DNA of 64,000 bases from Syntrophales bacterium (GCA_963668175.1 OY764159.1:3264001-3328000), one strand, 5' to 3'. Shown: positions 48,935 to 59,353, counted from the first letter of the stretch. Notes: a model not told the origin generated them from the letters alone. Translations and numbers: made by a program.

Positions 48935-51844
48935 ATGTCGCTGCAGAGCTTATTGACAAGATTGATCCTGGTATGCGTGGTACCGCTGATCCTGCTTGCG
49001 GCCTCTCTTGCCGTTATCAGCATTACGACCGAGCATGCCGAGCGCAAAAGCCATGCTGAGGCCCTCGCCAAGAACGTCGCCGATACGATCGACCAGCATC
49101 TGAAAGCGCGTATAGGCGCCCTGGAGATTCTGGCCGCCTCGCCGCTTCTGGACCATGTCTCTCTCCGCAAGGATTTCTACCGGGAAGCACAGGGTTTTTA
49201 CCGGAGTTTCGGCAGCCATGTCGTTCTCGGCGACGCGAAGGGGCACATGCTTCTCAACACACGCGTGCCATTCGGCACGAAACTGCCCATGCTGCCGCGC
49301 CCGAAGGGACAAGCAGCCGCACCGGCCGCCGTGGCAACGGGCAAGACGTTTGTCGGCGACATTTTCTACGGACCCGTCGCCCATGAACCGCTCGTCGCCA
49401 TCGCTTCACCGGTCATGCACAACGATGAAGCCGTCTATGTCCTCATCACTGTTTTCGAAACCCGCCGCTTCCGGGAACGTCTCGACCAAACCGCATTGCC
49501 TGCCGGCTGGTCGCTCGCCCTCCTCGACAGCCACAACGGGGTCATCTCCCGCCGCTCACCGCCCGGCCTGAACCCGGAGGAAGATGTCGATCCATCCGGA
49601 AGGTTTATAGCCCGGTCGTCCGTATCCCCATGGTCGGTCGTCGTCGAGATACCGCGGGCCGTCTACCTGCGGCCCATCATCGAAGCTGCTATAATCCTGG
49701 CCTTCGCCATCCTTGTCATAACCCTGGTCAGCATCCTGGGCGGCATGTTCGTCGCCCGGCGTATTGGCCGCGCCGTAGCGCACCTCGCCGAGGAACCGGC
49801 TTCGGGATCGCCGCTGCCGGATATCGCCGAGATCGCCGACGTACGCCGCCGCCTCGATGCCCTGGCGGAAGAGAGAACCGCCGCCGAAGTTGCAAGAAAG
49901 GAGAGCGAAGAACGCTACCGACTCATAGCGGAAAACACGTCGGACGTTATCTGGCTCATGGACATATCTACGGGCCGTTTCACCTACGTCAGTCCGTCCG
50001 TTGAACGTATTCGGGGCTACAAACCCGACGAGATCGTCGGACAAACGTTGGAACATGTACTGCCCCCCGAAACTTATGCCTGGGTCTCCAAGGCCCTTTG
50101 CGAGCGGATTGCCCGTTTCGAGGCCGGCGACGAGTCCCTTCGCACCGATGTAGCGGAAATCCCGCAACTGAGAAAGGACGGTTCCTTAATCGCCATGGAA
50201 GTAGCAACGACGTTCATCACCGGCGATAACGGACGAGTGATCATGATGCTCGGCGTGAACCGTGACATCACCGAGCGTAAGGAGGCGGAAGACAGGCTGC
50301 GGGAAAGCGAAGAGAAACACCGCATCGTCGCCGACTTTACGTCGGACTGGGAATACTGGCTGGACAGCGGCGGTCGATTCCGCTACATCTCCCCGGCGGT
50401 GGAGAGCGTCACGGGTTACACCGTGGCCGAGTTTCAGGAGGACCCGGATCTCATCTTCAAAATCCTCCATCCGGACAATCGCGACATTATGAACGATCAC
50501 CTCCAAGCAACCCATAACGATCAGCCCGACCCAGTCTCGCTTGAATTCCGGATCACGACCAAATCGGGCGAGGAGCGCTGGATCAGCCATACCTGCGTAC
50601 CTGTCTATCTCGACGACGGAACCTACGCAGGAAGGCGGTCAGGCAATCGGGACATTACGGAAAGCAAGCGCGCGGAAAAGGAGAAAGCGAAACTCCGGGA
50701 GCAGCTCATCCAGGCCCAGAAGATGGAATCGGTGGGCCGTCTCGCGGGCGGCGTGGCCCACGATTTCAACAACAAGCTGAGCGTGATCATCGGCTTTACG
50801 GACATCATCCTGGATGAAGCAAATCCGGACGAATCCTATTATCCCTATATCAAGGAAATCAGGAGTGCCGCGGAACGCTCCGCCGATCTCACGCGCCAGC
50901 TCCTGGCTTTTGCCCGCAAACAGACGGTGGTCCCCAGAATTCTCGATCTGAACGAAATTGTGGAGGGGCTGCTCAAAATGCTTCACCGCCTGATCGGAGA
51001 GGATATCAGTCTGATCTGGCTGCCGGGCCGCAATCTTAAACCTGTCTTGATCGACCCGTCACAGGTCGACCAGATTCTGGCGAACTTGTGCGTAAATGCC
51101 CGCGATGCCATCGCCGGCGTCGGAAAAATCACGATCGAAACGGGCAACGTCCACTTCGACGAGGCCTATTGCGCCGACCATGCAGGCTTCCTTCCCGGGG
51201 ATTACATCCGGCTTGCCGTCTCCGACGACGGCTCCGGCATGGACAAGGAAACCCTCGGCAAACTCTTCGAGCCGTTCTTCACGACGAAGGAGATCGGAAA
51301 GGGCACGGGCCTGGGCCTGGCCACGATTTACGGCATCGTCGGACAGAACAAAGGCTTCATCAATGTCTACAGCGAACCGGGCCAGGGCACAACCTTCCGC
51401 ATCTATCTGCCTCAGTATGGAACGGAGGCCGAATCGGTCAGCATAGCGGAACCGCTTGCAGGAATCCTGAGCGGCGACGAAACGATCCTGGTCGTCGAGG
51501 ACGCCATGGAAATCCTGAACATGGTTAAAATCATGCTGGAAGGACAGGGTTATCATGTTCTCGCCACGAACAGCCCGGAAGCGGCTATCCGGATGGTCGC
51601 CGAATTCGACGGCAAGGTCCATCTCCTGATCACCGACGTGGTTATGCCCGTCATGAACGGAAAGGATCTGGCCCGGAGACTTCTCGCCTTACAGCCGGGG
51701 CTCAAACACCTCTTCATCTCCGGCTACACGGCCAATGTCATCGCCCATCGCGGCATCCTGGACGAAGGCGTTCATTTTCTTCAGAAGCCGTTTTCCAGGA
51801 AGGAACTGGCTGTCAAGGTCCGGGAGGTCCTGGACCTTGAATGA
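48935..51844 (+). CDS. Hybrid sensor histidine kinase (Cache, 2xPAS, HisKA, HATPase, REC)
   Basis: [55 protein letters not shown]. Confidence 0.96.
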   Translation: MSLQSLLTRLILVCVVPLILLAASLAVISITTEHAERKSHAEALAKNVADTIDQHLKARIGALEILAASPLLDHVSLRKDFYREAQGFYRSFGSHVVLGDAKGHMLLNTRVPFGTKLPMLPRPKGQAAAPAAVATGKTFVGDIFYGPVAHEPLVAIASPVMHNDEAVYVLITVFETRRFRERLDQTALPAGWSLALLDSHNGVISRRSPPGLNPEEDVDPSGRFIARSSVSPWSVVVEIPRAVYLRPIIEAAIILAFAILVITLVSILGGMFVARRIGRAVAHLAEEPASGSPLPDIAEIADVRRRLDALAEERTAAEVARKESEERYRLIAENTSDVIWLMDISTGRFTYVSPSVERIRGYKPDEIVGQTLEHVLPPETYAWVSKALCERIARFEAGDESLRTDVAEIPQLRKDGSLIAMEVATTFITGDNGRVIMMLGVNRDITERKEAEDRLRESEEKHRIVADFTSDWEYWLDSGGRFRYISPAVESVTGYTVAEFQEDPDLIFKILHPDNRDIMNDHLQATHNDQPDPVSLEFRITTKSGEERWISHTCVPVYLDDGTYAGRRSGNRDITESKRAEKEKAKLREQLIQAQKMESVGRLAGGVAHDFNNKLSVIIGFTDIILDEANPDESYYPYIKEIRSAAERSADLTRQLLAFARKQTVVPRILDLNEIVEGLLKMLHRLIGEDISLIWLPGRNLKPVLIDPSQVDQILANLCVNARDAIAGVGKITIETGNVHFDEAYCADHAGFLPGDYIRLAVSDDGSGMDKETLGKLFEPFFTTKEIGKGTGLGLATIYGIVGQNKGFINVYSEPGQGTTFRIYLPQYGTEAESVSIAEPLAGILSGDETILVVEDAMEILNMVKIMLEGQGYHVLATNSPEAAIRMVAEFDGKVHLLITDVVMPVMNGKDLARRLLALQPGLKHLFISGYTANVIAHRGILDEGVHFLQKPFSRKELAVKVREVLDLE

Positions 51845-51940
51845 ATGGCTCGTCTGATCGGCCGGGGCGAGCTTTCCGGCAATCCCAGGAAAGAGCGTCG
51901 GAGGTCGCGCCCCATCAGGGCGACCTTCGACGTGTTCCCG

Positions 51941-51969
51941 TTGACATCCGAATACGATTCTCCTATACT
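51941..51969 (+). promoter_or_regulatory. Sigma-70 promoter
   Basis: TTGACA-N17-TATACT upstream of ATG 52028. Confidence 0.7.
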
Positions 51970-52027
51970 TATGTGTTCAGGGAATATAGTCCTCATCGCT
52001 TACACGAATCCTGCGCGCAGGCAGAAT

Positions 52028-53308
52028 ATGGAGATAACTGGTCTGATTAACGGGTTGCGGGAAGCCGAAAGCGGCATTCTCCAAACATGGTTGCGTCAAA
52101 TACGCCTAGCAGGGTACGAACAGCGCCATGCCGCCAACCGCGACGACTTTCGCAAAGCCTTCGGCGGCATTATGTCCGCCCTCTCTGCCGCCGGAACGCA
52201 GCGCGGGCCTTTTACGATCCAAGCGACGAGCGAAGCGCCAGACTCCGACTACAATCCGGTCGCAGAAACTTTTCTCAGACGGAACCCCGAGCCTGACCTC
52301 GAAATATTTCTGGGACATTTCAAGACATTGATCCTGTGTATCGAAGATGCGATTGATGGTCTTGCCGTCGGTCCGGAGGAGAAAACCGCGGCGATTCTCG
52401 CTCTGCGGCGGATAGCGGACCGCAACGAAATGTCCGTCGTAACAAGCTGGAAGAAAGCTGCAACGGCTGCGACTACCGTGAAGACCGAACCGCCGGCGCA
52501 GACGACATCGGAAAAGATTCTCGGCGCGATCTTCATGTCCGTGGGCGAAGGCATCCTCCTCATCGATGAAGATTTTGAAATCATCACGGCAAATCAGCGT
52601 TCCTGTGAGATCTACGGCCTCCCGCAGCAGAATATCATCGGCACGGATATCCGTTCCCTCACGGAAAGAACGGGCGCCGGCGTGCTCATGCGCTTCTTTG
52701 CCGAACTGATCGAAGGGCAGCGGAAGAGCGCCGAAATCACCTGCCTGTACGTGGACGGCAAGACCTTCCCGGCGACTGTCACGGTGACCCGGAGCGATTT
52801 CGACGGCAAGAGATACTGGCCCATGATTGTAAGGGACGACACGGGCCGGAAGACCATGGAGGTTCAGCTTCGACAGGAAAAGCAACATGCGGAGGAAATG
52901 AATCTCGCATTAAAGACCGTCATGAAGAGCATCGAGCAGGATCGGAAGGATTATGAAAACCGGGTGGCTGGAAAAATCAGGACTCACCTCATTCCCAGCC
53001 TGAAACGAATAGACCAGGCAACGGAAGCGAATATCAGAAAGAGTTACCTGGCCCTGCTGGAGGGGCAGCTTGTCTCTCTGACGAAGGGTTTCGAACGGGA
53101 GTTGGATGTGGGACTTCTCAAGCTTACCAAAACCGAGATCGAGGTATGCCGCCTCATCCAGGTCGGCTGTTCAAGCAAGGATATCTGCGAGGCCATGAAA
53201 CTCTCTTTCGATACGGTCCAGACGCATCGCAGGAACATCAGGCGGAAACTTGATTTAAACGGCAGGAAATTGAATTTGCATACGTTTCTGATCAATCGTA
53301 CCCTGTGA
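52028..53308 (+). CDS. PAS- and LuxR-HTH-containing transcriptional regulator
   Basis: IFMSVGEGILLID..ANQRSCEIYG PAS; LTKTEIEVCRLI..SSKDI..TVQTHRRNIRRKL LuxR HTH; helical N-terminal domain. Confidence 0.9.
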   Translation: MEITGLINGLREAESGILQTWLRQIRLAGYEQRHAANRDDFRKAFGGIMSALSAAGTQRGPFTIQATSEAPDSDYNPVAETFLRRNPEPDLEIFLGHFKTLILCIEDAIDGLAVGPEEKTAAILALRRIADRNEMSVVTSWKKAATAATTVKTEPPAQTTSEKILGAIFMSVGEGILLIDEDFEIITANQRSCEIYGLPQQNIIGTDIRSLTERTGAGVLMRFFAELIEGQRKSAEITCLYVDGKTFPATVTVTRSDFDGKRYWPMIVRDDTGRKTMEVQLRQEKQHAEEMNLALKTVMKSIEQDRKDYENRVAGKIRTHLIPSLKRIDQATEANIRKSYLALLEGQLVSLTKGFERELDVGLLKLTKTEIEVCRLIQVGCSSKDICEAMKLSFDTVQTHRRNIRRKLDLNGRKLNLHTFLINRTL

Positions 53309-53411
53309 CATCCTGCCGCTTTGCAATACAGCGGCGGGGTGCCGGAGCCGCGTGACCGCGGCTTCACGAAAAAGGTGCAAAAAATACGGCATAGAAAGAA
53401 TTGGCGGGATC

Positions 53412-54824
53412 ATGTTTATGTGGAATGAAGAATTCGATGTAGTCGTTATCGGCTCCGGCTATGCCGGACTGGCGGCAGCGATTGAAGCCCGCAGGCTCGG
53501 CGCCTCGGTCGTTGTTCTGGAAAAGATGGCCACGCCGGGAGGCAACTCCGCCATCAGCGGCGGTCTCTTCGGAGCGGCCGGCTCCCCCCTGCAGGCCGAG
53601 AACAATATCCAGGATTCGCCGGAACTGATGCTGGCGGACATGCTGGCCGCCGGCCACGATCTCAATCACCGTGACCTGGCCCGGATCGTGGCCGAACGAT
53701 CCACGGAAACCCTCCTTTGGACGATCAGGGAACTGGGCGTAAAATACAAGTCCAGGCTGAACCATCTGGGCGGCCATTCCGTGCCGCGAACGTACAATAC
53801 GGAAAGCACATCGGGATCGGGCATCGTGAGGCCCATGCTGGTCAAGTGCCGGGAAATGGATATCCCGATCCGCTTGAAGACGTTTCTCTCGGAACTTATT
53901 ACGGATGAACAGGGGAATATGGAAGGCGTTGCCGTCCGCGAGGATTACATCTTTCCGAACAGCGCCAGCGGCACGCCGAAGTGCATCCGGGCGCGCCGAG
54001 CGGTCGTCCTGGCCGCCGGCGGATTCAGCCAGGACAAGGAATTCCGCCACATCCAGAACCCGATGCTGACAGCGGACATGGAAAGCACCAATCACCGCGG
54101 CGCCACCGCCGAAGCCCTTATTATGGCCCTGCGGGCCGGAGCGACGCCTGTCCAGTTGTCCATGATCCAACTCGGACCCTGGGCGTCGCGGGACGAAGAA
54201 GGCTTCGGCGTAGGGGCCATGTTTTCCATGCTGGCGGGTTTTCCTTACGGCATCCTGATCGACCTTCGGACGGGAGAGCGTTTTATCAACGAACAGGCCG
54301 ACAGGAAACTCCTGGTCGATGCGATGCTCAGTTCCGGCAGGGAATCGATCGCCATCGTCGACCAGGAAGGCGTCCGTCATGCTTCCACCCTGGAACAATG
54401 TCTGAAACGGGGTGTCGTCAAGGCGTACCATTCCATCGAGGAACTTGCCGCCTCGAATCAGGTGCCGCTTCTTCCGCTGCAGACGACCATCGCAGACTAC
54501 AACGACTTGATTGAAAAAGGCGGGAGAGACACCTTCGGGAAACCCCTTCCGAAAGACCTCCTGCCCCTGAAACACCCGCCGTTTTATTCCATCCGCCTGA
54601 TCTCCAAGGTCCATCATTGCATGGGCGGTATCCGCATCAATACGAATGCGCAGGTGATCCGCATCGATACCCACCGGCCCATCGGCCGCTTCTACGCCGC
54701 GGGCGAAATCACGGGCGGCATCCACGGCGCGAGCCGTCTGGGCGGCAACGCCATCCCGGAATGTCTGATATTCGGCCGCATCGCGGGCATCCAGGCAGCC
54801 TCCGAGCCGCCCCGCTCCCCATAA
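53412..54824 (+). CDS. Flavocytochrome c-type flavoprotein (fumarate reductase superfamily), no signal peptide
   Basis: DVVVIGSGYAGLAAA, LAAGGF, IQLGPW, HHCMGG, GEITGGIHGASRLGGN. Confidence 0.92.
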   Translation: MFMWNEEFDVVVIGSGYAGLAAAIEARRLGASVVVLEKMATPGGNSAISGGLFGAAGSPLQAENNIQDSPELMLADMLAAGHDLNHRDLARIVAERSTETLLWTIRELGVKYKSRLNHLGGHSVPRTYNTESTSGSGIVRPMLVKCREMDIPIRLKTFLSELITDEQGNMEGVAVREDYIFPNSASGTPKCIRARRAVVLAAGGFSQDKEFRHIQNPMLTADMESTNHRGATAEALIMALRAGATPVQLSMIQLGPWASRDEEGFGVGAMFSMLAGFPYGILIDLRTGERFINEQADRKLLVDAMLSSGRESIAIVDQEGVRHASTLEQCLKRGVVKAYHSIEELAASNQVPLLPLQTTIADYNDLIEKGGRDTFGKPLPKDLLPLKHPPFYSIRLISKVHHCMGGIRINTNAQVIRIDTHRPIGRFYAAGEITGGIHGASRLGGNAIPECLIFGRIAGIQAASEPPRSP

Positions 54825-54944
54825 TAACGGAATAGATCCGGCATAGACCGGCGGAAAAGCACCGGCGGAGGCCGCTGTTACGGCCTACCGTAAATATCCC
54901 CTATCCATGGGACGCTGCATGCTATTTCGTAGAAAACGGCATCC

Positions 54945-54974
54945 AATTTCGGGTATGGAATACTACCCGATATT
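54945..54974. promoter_or_regulatory. Inverted repeat, candidate regulator binding site
   Basis: AATTTCGGGTA-N8-TACCCGATATT (10 of 11 positions symmetric). Confidence 0.5.
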
Positions 54975-55215
54975 TACCTTTTAAATCACCCTTCTTGCCT
55001 TGATCTTTCCGTGTTAAGACCTTGTGAAAATTACACATAATGGGTCATTGAACAAGTATACCCGCAACGAACGTCGCAACCGTTTGATTTGCATTGTCGG
55101 AACCGGATTCAGCTGCTACGGATGAAGGCTGTCTTGCATGCATTTCCGGCATGGGCCGTCGGCGGGGTTCTGCATCATATATCGACTAAAAGAAAGCAAC
55201 TACAGGAGGTAAATC

Positions 55216-56793
55216 ATGAAAAAAGATGTCGTACAGGAAAGTAAAAACGTAGATAAAGGGAATGCCGCAAGCATGGGCCGTCGTTCCGTCCTTAAAGGGG
55301 CGCTTGCCATGGGCGCCGCGGCCGCGACCGGCGGGTTTGCTCTCAACCTGGCCGCTCCGGGATCGTCGGAAGCCGCAATGAAAAAAATCCCCAAAAAATG
55401 GGATGAAACGTGGGATATCGTCGTGGTCGGTTCCGGTTTTGCCGGGTGTTCCGCCGCCGCGCAGGCAACGGCCGACGGAGCAAAGGTCGTCGTTCTGGAG
55501 AAGATGCCCACCTACGGCGGAAACTCCATCATCAACGGCGGCGTCTATGCCTCCTGGGACGACAAGTTCCATTATCGCCAGAAACTCAGCCTGGGCGATG
55601 ACAGCACCAAACTTCATCTTGAGGACACTCTCAAGGGCGGCGACTTCTTCAGTATCCCGGCCTTGGTGAAGGTCATGGTGGAAGGCGCCACGGACGCCCT
55701 GAACTGGATGATCGACGAGGGCGGGGCACAGATCCGTCCGACGGTGGTCCGCGCGGGCGGCCATTCGGCCTATCGGACCCATGCGGCCGGCATAGGAAAG
55801 GTGTATGTGGACGCGCTGAAGAAAATTGCCGAAAAGAACGGCGCCAAATTCCGCCTCGGCGCCCAGGTGAGTTATATCTGGAGGGCGGACGCCGATCCCA
55901 TGAGCCCCGTCCTGGGCGTGGAAGTGACGCAGGGCCGGAAAGTCTCGAATATCAAGATCAAAAAGGGCCTGATCCTGGCCTCCGGCGGTTTCAGCCGCGA
56001 CCTCAAGATGCGCGGGGACCATTATCCCTATCTTGCGGACGATAACTGGAACTGCACCAACCATCCGGGCGCCACGGGCGAGATGATCCGTTACGCGCAG
56101 TCCGTCGGCGCGGACACGCTGCAGCTGAATTTCATCCAGCTCTACCCTTATGCGGACCCCGAAACCGGCATCCTCGACACTCCGGCCCTTTATCCCTTCA
56201 ATGGGCCGGGAAACGGGATCGTCTACGTCACGAACAAAGGAAAGCGCTTCATCAGCGAACTGGCGCGCCGCGACCATGTGTCCTTCGCCCAGATCGCCCT
56301 CGGTCCTCAGGGGAAGCCCACCTACACGATCTTCAGCGATGAAATGATCGAAAAACTGGGAGGTACCAGGCAGGAGGTCGAGGACGGTTTGAAGAAAAAG
56401 CGTCTGGTTGCCGCCGATACCATCGCCGAACTGGCCAAGAAGATCGGCCTGCCCGCGGATACGCTCGTCGATACGATCGATAAGCACAATAAGTATCTTG
56501 CCGAAGGCAAGGACACCGAATTCAACAAGCCCATTACCAAGGCCATGACCCCCATGCTCAAGGGCCCCTTCTACGCCGTGGCCCAGTGGCCCGCCATCCA
56601 TCACTGCATGGGAGGCCTCAGGATCAACGACAAGGCCGAGGTCGTCGATGTCTACGGAAAAGTGATCCCGAAGCTTTATGCCGCGGGAGAAGTAACAGGC
56701 GGTATCCACGGCACGAACCGCCTGGGCAGCAACGCCATCCCCGACTGCGTCGTTTTCGGCCGCGTCGCCGGCAAGAATGCAGCCAAAGCGTAA
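55216..56793 (+). CDS. Tat-exported flavocytochrome c flavin subunit (urocanate/enoate reductase-like)
   Basis: GRRSVLK Tat; VVGSGFAG; IQLYP; ELARRD; HHCMGG; GTNRLGSN; AGGAGG RBS. Confidence 0.92.
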   Translation: MKKDVVQESKNVDKGNAASMGRRSVLKGALAMGAAAATGGFALNLAAPGSSEAAMKKIPKKWDETWDIVVVGSGFAGCSAAAQATADGAKVVVLEKMPTYGGNSIINGGVYASWDDKFHYRQKLSLGDDSTKLHLEDTLKGGDFFSIPALVKVMVEGATDALNWMIDEGGAQIRPTVVRAGGHSAYRTHAAGIGKVYVDALKKIAEKNGAKFRLGAQVSYIWRADADPMSPVLGVEVTQGRKVSNIKIKKGLILASGGFSRDLKMRGDHYPYLADDNWNCTNHPGATGEMIRYAQSVGADTLQLNFIQLYPYADPETGILDTPALYPFNGPGNGIVYVTNKGKRFISELARRDHVSFAQIALGPQGKPTYTIFSDEMIEKLGGTRQEVEDGLKKKRLVAADTIAELAKKIGLPADTLVDTIDKHNKYLAEGKDTEFNKPITKAMTPMLKGPFYAVAQWPAIHHCMGGLRINDKAEVVDVYGKVIPKLYAAGEVTGGIHGTNRLGSNAIPDCVVFGRVAGKNAAKA

Positions 56794-56805
56794 CCGTCCT
56801 ACAAC

Positions 56806-56845
56806 AAACAGGGGGGTTCATGCCGAAACATGGACCCCCTGTTTT
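56806..56845 (+). terminator. Terminator-like hairpin between flavoprotein and cytochrome genes
   Basis: AAACAGGGGG-G-TTCATG/CATGGA-CCCCCTGTTTT. Confidence 0.65.
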
Positions 56846-56868
56846 ATCGATGAAGGAATCCTTTGTTT

Positions 56869-57291
56869 ATGAAAAGAATATTCTTTGCCGTATTCTCCTT
56901 TCTGTTCGCGGGTGCATTGATCTGGTTTACGATGGGTGGTTCTTTCGCCGAAGCGGCCAAGAAAGGCGGTAAGGATGCCGCCATATCCGCGCAATTCAGC
57001 GAAACGAGGCACACGAAAAAGGGCGTCGCCTGCGCCCGCTGCCACGGGAAAGCCGCCCCCAAGGAAGGCGCCGAAGTGGAGAATCAGCGGTGCCTTGCCT
57101 GTCACGGTCCCATGGAAAAGCTCGCCAAAAAATCGGAACCGAAAGATTTCCCGGACCGCAACCCCCATAAATCCCATCTCGGGGAGATCAACTGCACGGT
57201 CTGTCACAGCGAACACGGCGCGTCCAAGGTATACTGCCTCGATTGTCATAAAAAGTTTCAGATGAAAATGCCGGAAGGGGTTAAGCAATAG
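56869..57291 (+). CDS. Tetraheme cytochrome c (cytochrome c3_2 / flavocytochrome heme-domain type)
   Basis: Signal peptide; CARCH, CLACH, NPHKSH, CTVCH, CLDCH. Confidence 0.94.
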   Translation: MKRIFFAVFSFLFAGALIWFTMGGSFAEAAKKGGKDAAISAQFSETRHTKKGVACARCHGKAAPKEGAEVENQRCLACHGPMEKLAKKSEPKDFPDRNPHKSHLGEINCTVCHSEHGASKVYCLDCHKKFQMKMPEGVKQ

Positions 57292-57390
57292 CCGCATCGA
57301 CCGATACGGCCGCCGTCACGGCCTCTGAAACGACTGCATTTCAGACCGGACCGGACGTCTCACGGACGTCCGCAAAGTTGTACTGAACGG

Positions 57391-57426
57391 AAACCGCCGG
57401 CGGCATCGGGTCAGCCGGCGGTTTTT
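57391..57426 (+). terminator. Intrinsic terminator
   Basis: AAACCGCCGGC/GCCGGCGGTTT stem plus T run. Confidence 0.75.
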
Positions 57427-57590
57427 AAATTTCCGGTCGTCCCCATGAACGCCGGCGCCAAAATGGTCGTTTAAATACGTCGACCTGCCGCCTCATCTCC
57501 ATCCGGAGCGCAGAGGCGGCGCCGGTTGCCTCCCTTAAAGCCGCTCCCACATCAGAGCTTTTTTGATATCTTCACCCAAAAATGCCACGT

Positions 57591-57619
57591 TTGACATACA
57601 CCGAGGAAGCTGGTACATT
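57591..57619 (+). promoter_or_regulatory. Sigma-70 promoter
   Basis: TTGACA-N17-TACATT. Confidence 0.65.
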
Positions 57620-57777
57620 TTTTCCGAAAATGGATGTATTTGATACGGTTGGAATTGTCCCAACATGCATAAACCGGATCAAGCTCGGGAAGCGTCATAC
57701 GGGATTCGACAAGACCTGGAATCCCGCCGACGTTTCATATAAGTTTCAACTTTTTACACGAGGAGGAAAAGAAAAGG

Positions 57778-59340
57778 ATGAAGAAAAAATTAGCCCGTAG
57801 AGAATTCCTCAAGCTGGGTGCGCTGAGCGCGGCCGGACTTGCAGCGGGTCTCACCGCATCTAACGCTCATGCAGAACCCGTGGCGGTAAACCCGGCAAAG
57901 GTGAAATGGGATGCCACGGCGGACATCGTCGTCATCGGAACGGGCCTGGCGGGCCTGGTGTCGGCCATCGAGGCCAACGACGCCGGCGCCAAGGTCCTCA
58001 TCATCGAGAAGGCCCCGAAGGAGTTCGAGGGAGGCAACAGCCGCATCTCCGGAAACCTCTGGCTCTGTAACAACGACCTGGAGAAATCCTATGCCTACTA
58101 CAAAGCCATGGATGTCGGACACACGGAGGACGACATCGTCAAATGGGTCGCCGCGGAGACGATGAAGACGAACGCCTATTTGACGAAATTCGGCGTCAAG
58201 CCGCTCCGCTTCTCGGCCCGGGCCTTTGCCCCGGAACATCCTCAACTTCCGGGGGCCGACAGCATCGAGATGTATGCCGACAACGGCACGATCGGCCAGG
58301 CCGCCATGTGGAGCAAGATCCGCAAGGCCGCCGAAGACCGCAAGATCAAGGTCATGTACGAAACGCCGGCCTTGGAACTCATGCAGGCCCCGAGCCGCGA
58401 GATCATCGGCGTTCTTGCCGAATCGGGCGGCAAGAAGATCAAAATCAAGGCGGCCAAGGCCGTCATCCTCGCCTGCGGCGGTTTCGAATTCAACGAGGAC
58501 ATGAACAAGCAGATGATCCCCGGCAGGCAGCTCTTCAAGGGAACGGTCTACAATACCGGCGACGGCCTCAGAATGGCCCAGTATGCCGGCGCCCAGATGT
58601 GGCACAACCACGTTTATCTCGGCCAGTACGACACGATCGAATGCAAGGGCATGAAATATCCCGCCGTTCTGCGGCCGAAAGGCGACAATTACCTGTGGCT
58701 GAACAAGAAAGCGGTGAGGTTCATGAACGAAAAGCGGCCGGCGCGGCACGGTTTCGGGCATCGCGAATACGCGATCTGGTTCGACGGCCTGACGGGCGAG
58801 TTCACCAATCTCCCCTGCTACGCCATCTTCAGCGCAGAGAGCGGCAACAAGAAAATGACGTACGAGGGCAAGGTGCATGCCTGGGGTCATTACGCAGACT
58901 ATAAATGGAGCGACGACAACAGCGCCGAAGTGGCCAAGGGCTGGCTTTACCGGGACGATACGATTGAAGGACTGGCCAAGCAACTGGGGTTGGACCCCGC
59001 CAAGGCCAAAGCCAGTGTCGATGCCTACAACAAGATGTGCGCGGCCGGGACCGACACGGAATTCGGGCGGGACGCGAAGTCACTCAAGCCCGTCGCCAAG
59101 GCGCCCTTCACGGCGGCGCTTCTGTGGCCGGGTTCCTACAACACCTTCGGCGGCCCGAAGAAGAACACGAAGGCACAGGCCCTGGACCCCTTCGGCAAGC
59201 CGATACCGAGGCTTTACGTCGTGGGCGAACTGGGTTCCTACTACGGCTTCATGTACAACGGCGGCGGTAATTTGACCGAGTGCCTCTTCGGCGGCTGGAC
59301 GGCCGGTCCCCACGCAGCGAAACTCAAGAGCTGGGGTTGA
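57778..59340 (+). CDS. Tat-exported FAD-binding oxidoreductase (FAD_binding_2; divergent active site)
   Basis: ARREFLK Tat; VVIGTGLAG; LACGGF; NTGDG; RFMNE; YNTFGGP; IPRLYVVGE; YNGGGN. Confidence 0.9.
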   Translation: MKKKLARREFLKLGALSAAGLAAGLTASNAHAEPVAVNPAKVKWDATADIVVIGTGLAGLVSAIEANDAGAKVLIIEKAPKEFEGGNSRISGNLWLCNNDLEKSYAYYKAMDVGHTEDDIVKWVAAETMKTNAYLTKFGVKPLRFSARAFAPEHPQLPGADSIEMYADNGTIGQAAMWSKIRKAAEDRKIKVMYETPALELMQAPSREIIGVLAESGGKKIKIKAAKAVILACGGFEFNEDMNKQMIPGRQLFKGTVYNTGDGLRMAQYAGAQMWHNHVYLGQYDTIECKGMKYPAVLRPKGDNYLWLNKKAVRFMNEKRPARHGFGHREYAIWFDGLTGEFTNLPCYAIFSAESGNKKMTYEGKVHAWGHYADYKWSDDNSAEVAKGWLYRDDTIEGLAKQLGLDPAKAKASVDAYNKMCAAGTDTEFGRDAKSLKPVAKAPFTAALLWPGSYNTFGGPKKNTKAQALDPFGKPIPRLYVVGELGSYYGFMYNGGGNLTECLFGGWTAGPHAAKLKSWG

Positions 59341-59353
59341 CATTCAATCATCC

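Noticed and set aside
55022..55040. Rex/CRP-like box TTGTGAAAATTACACATA
   Set aside because: The second half-site and spacing do not fit either consensus well enough
53412..56793. Annotating the flavoproteins as frdA/fccA or firmly as urdA
   Set aside because: The fumarate-specific His is absent, and a single Tyr marker is not enough to assign urocanate reductase
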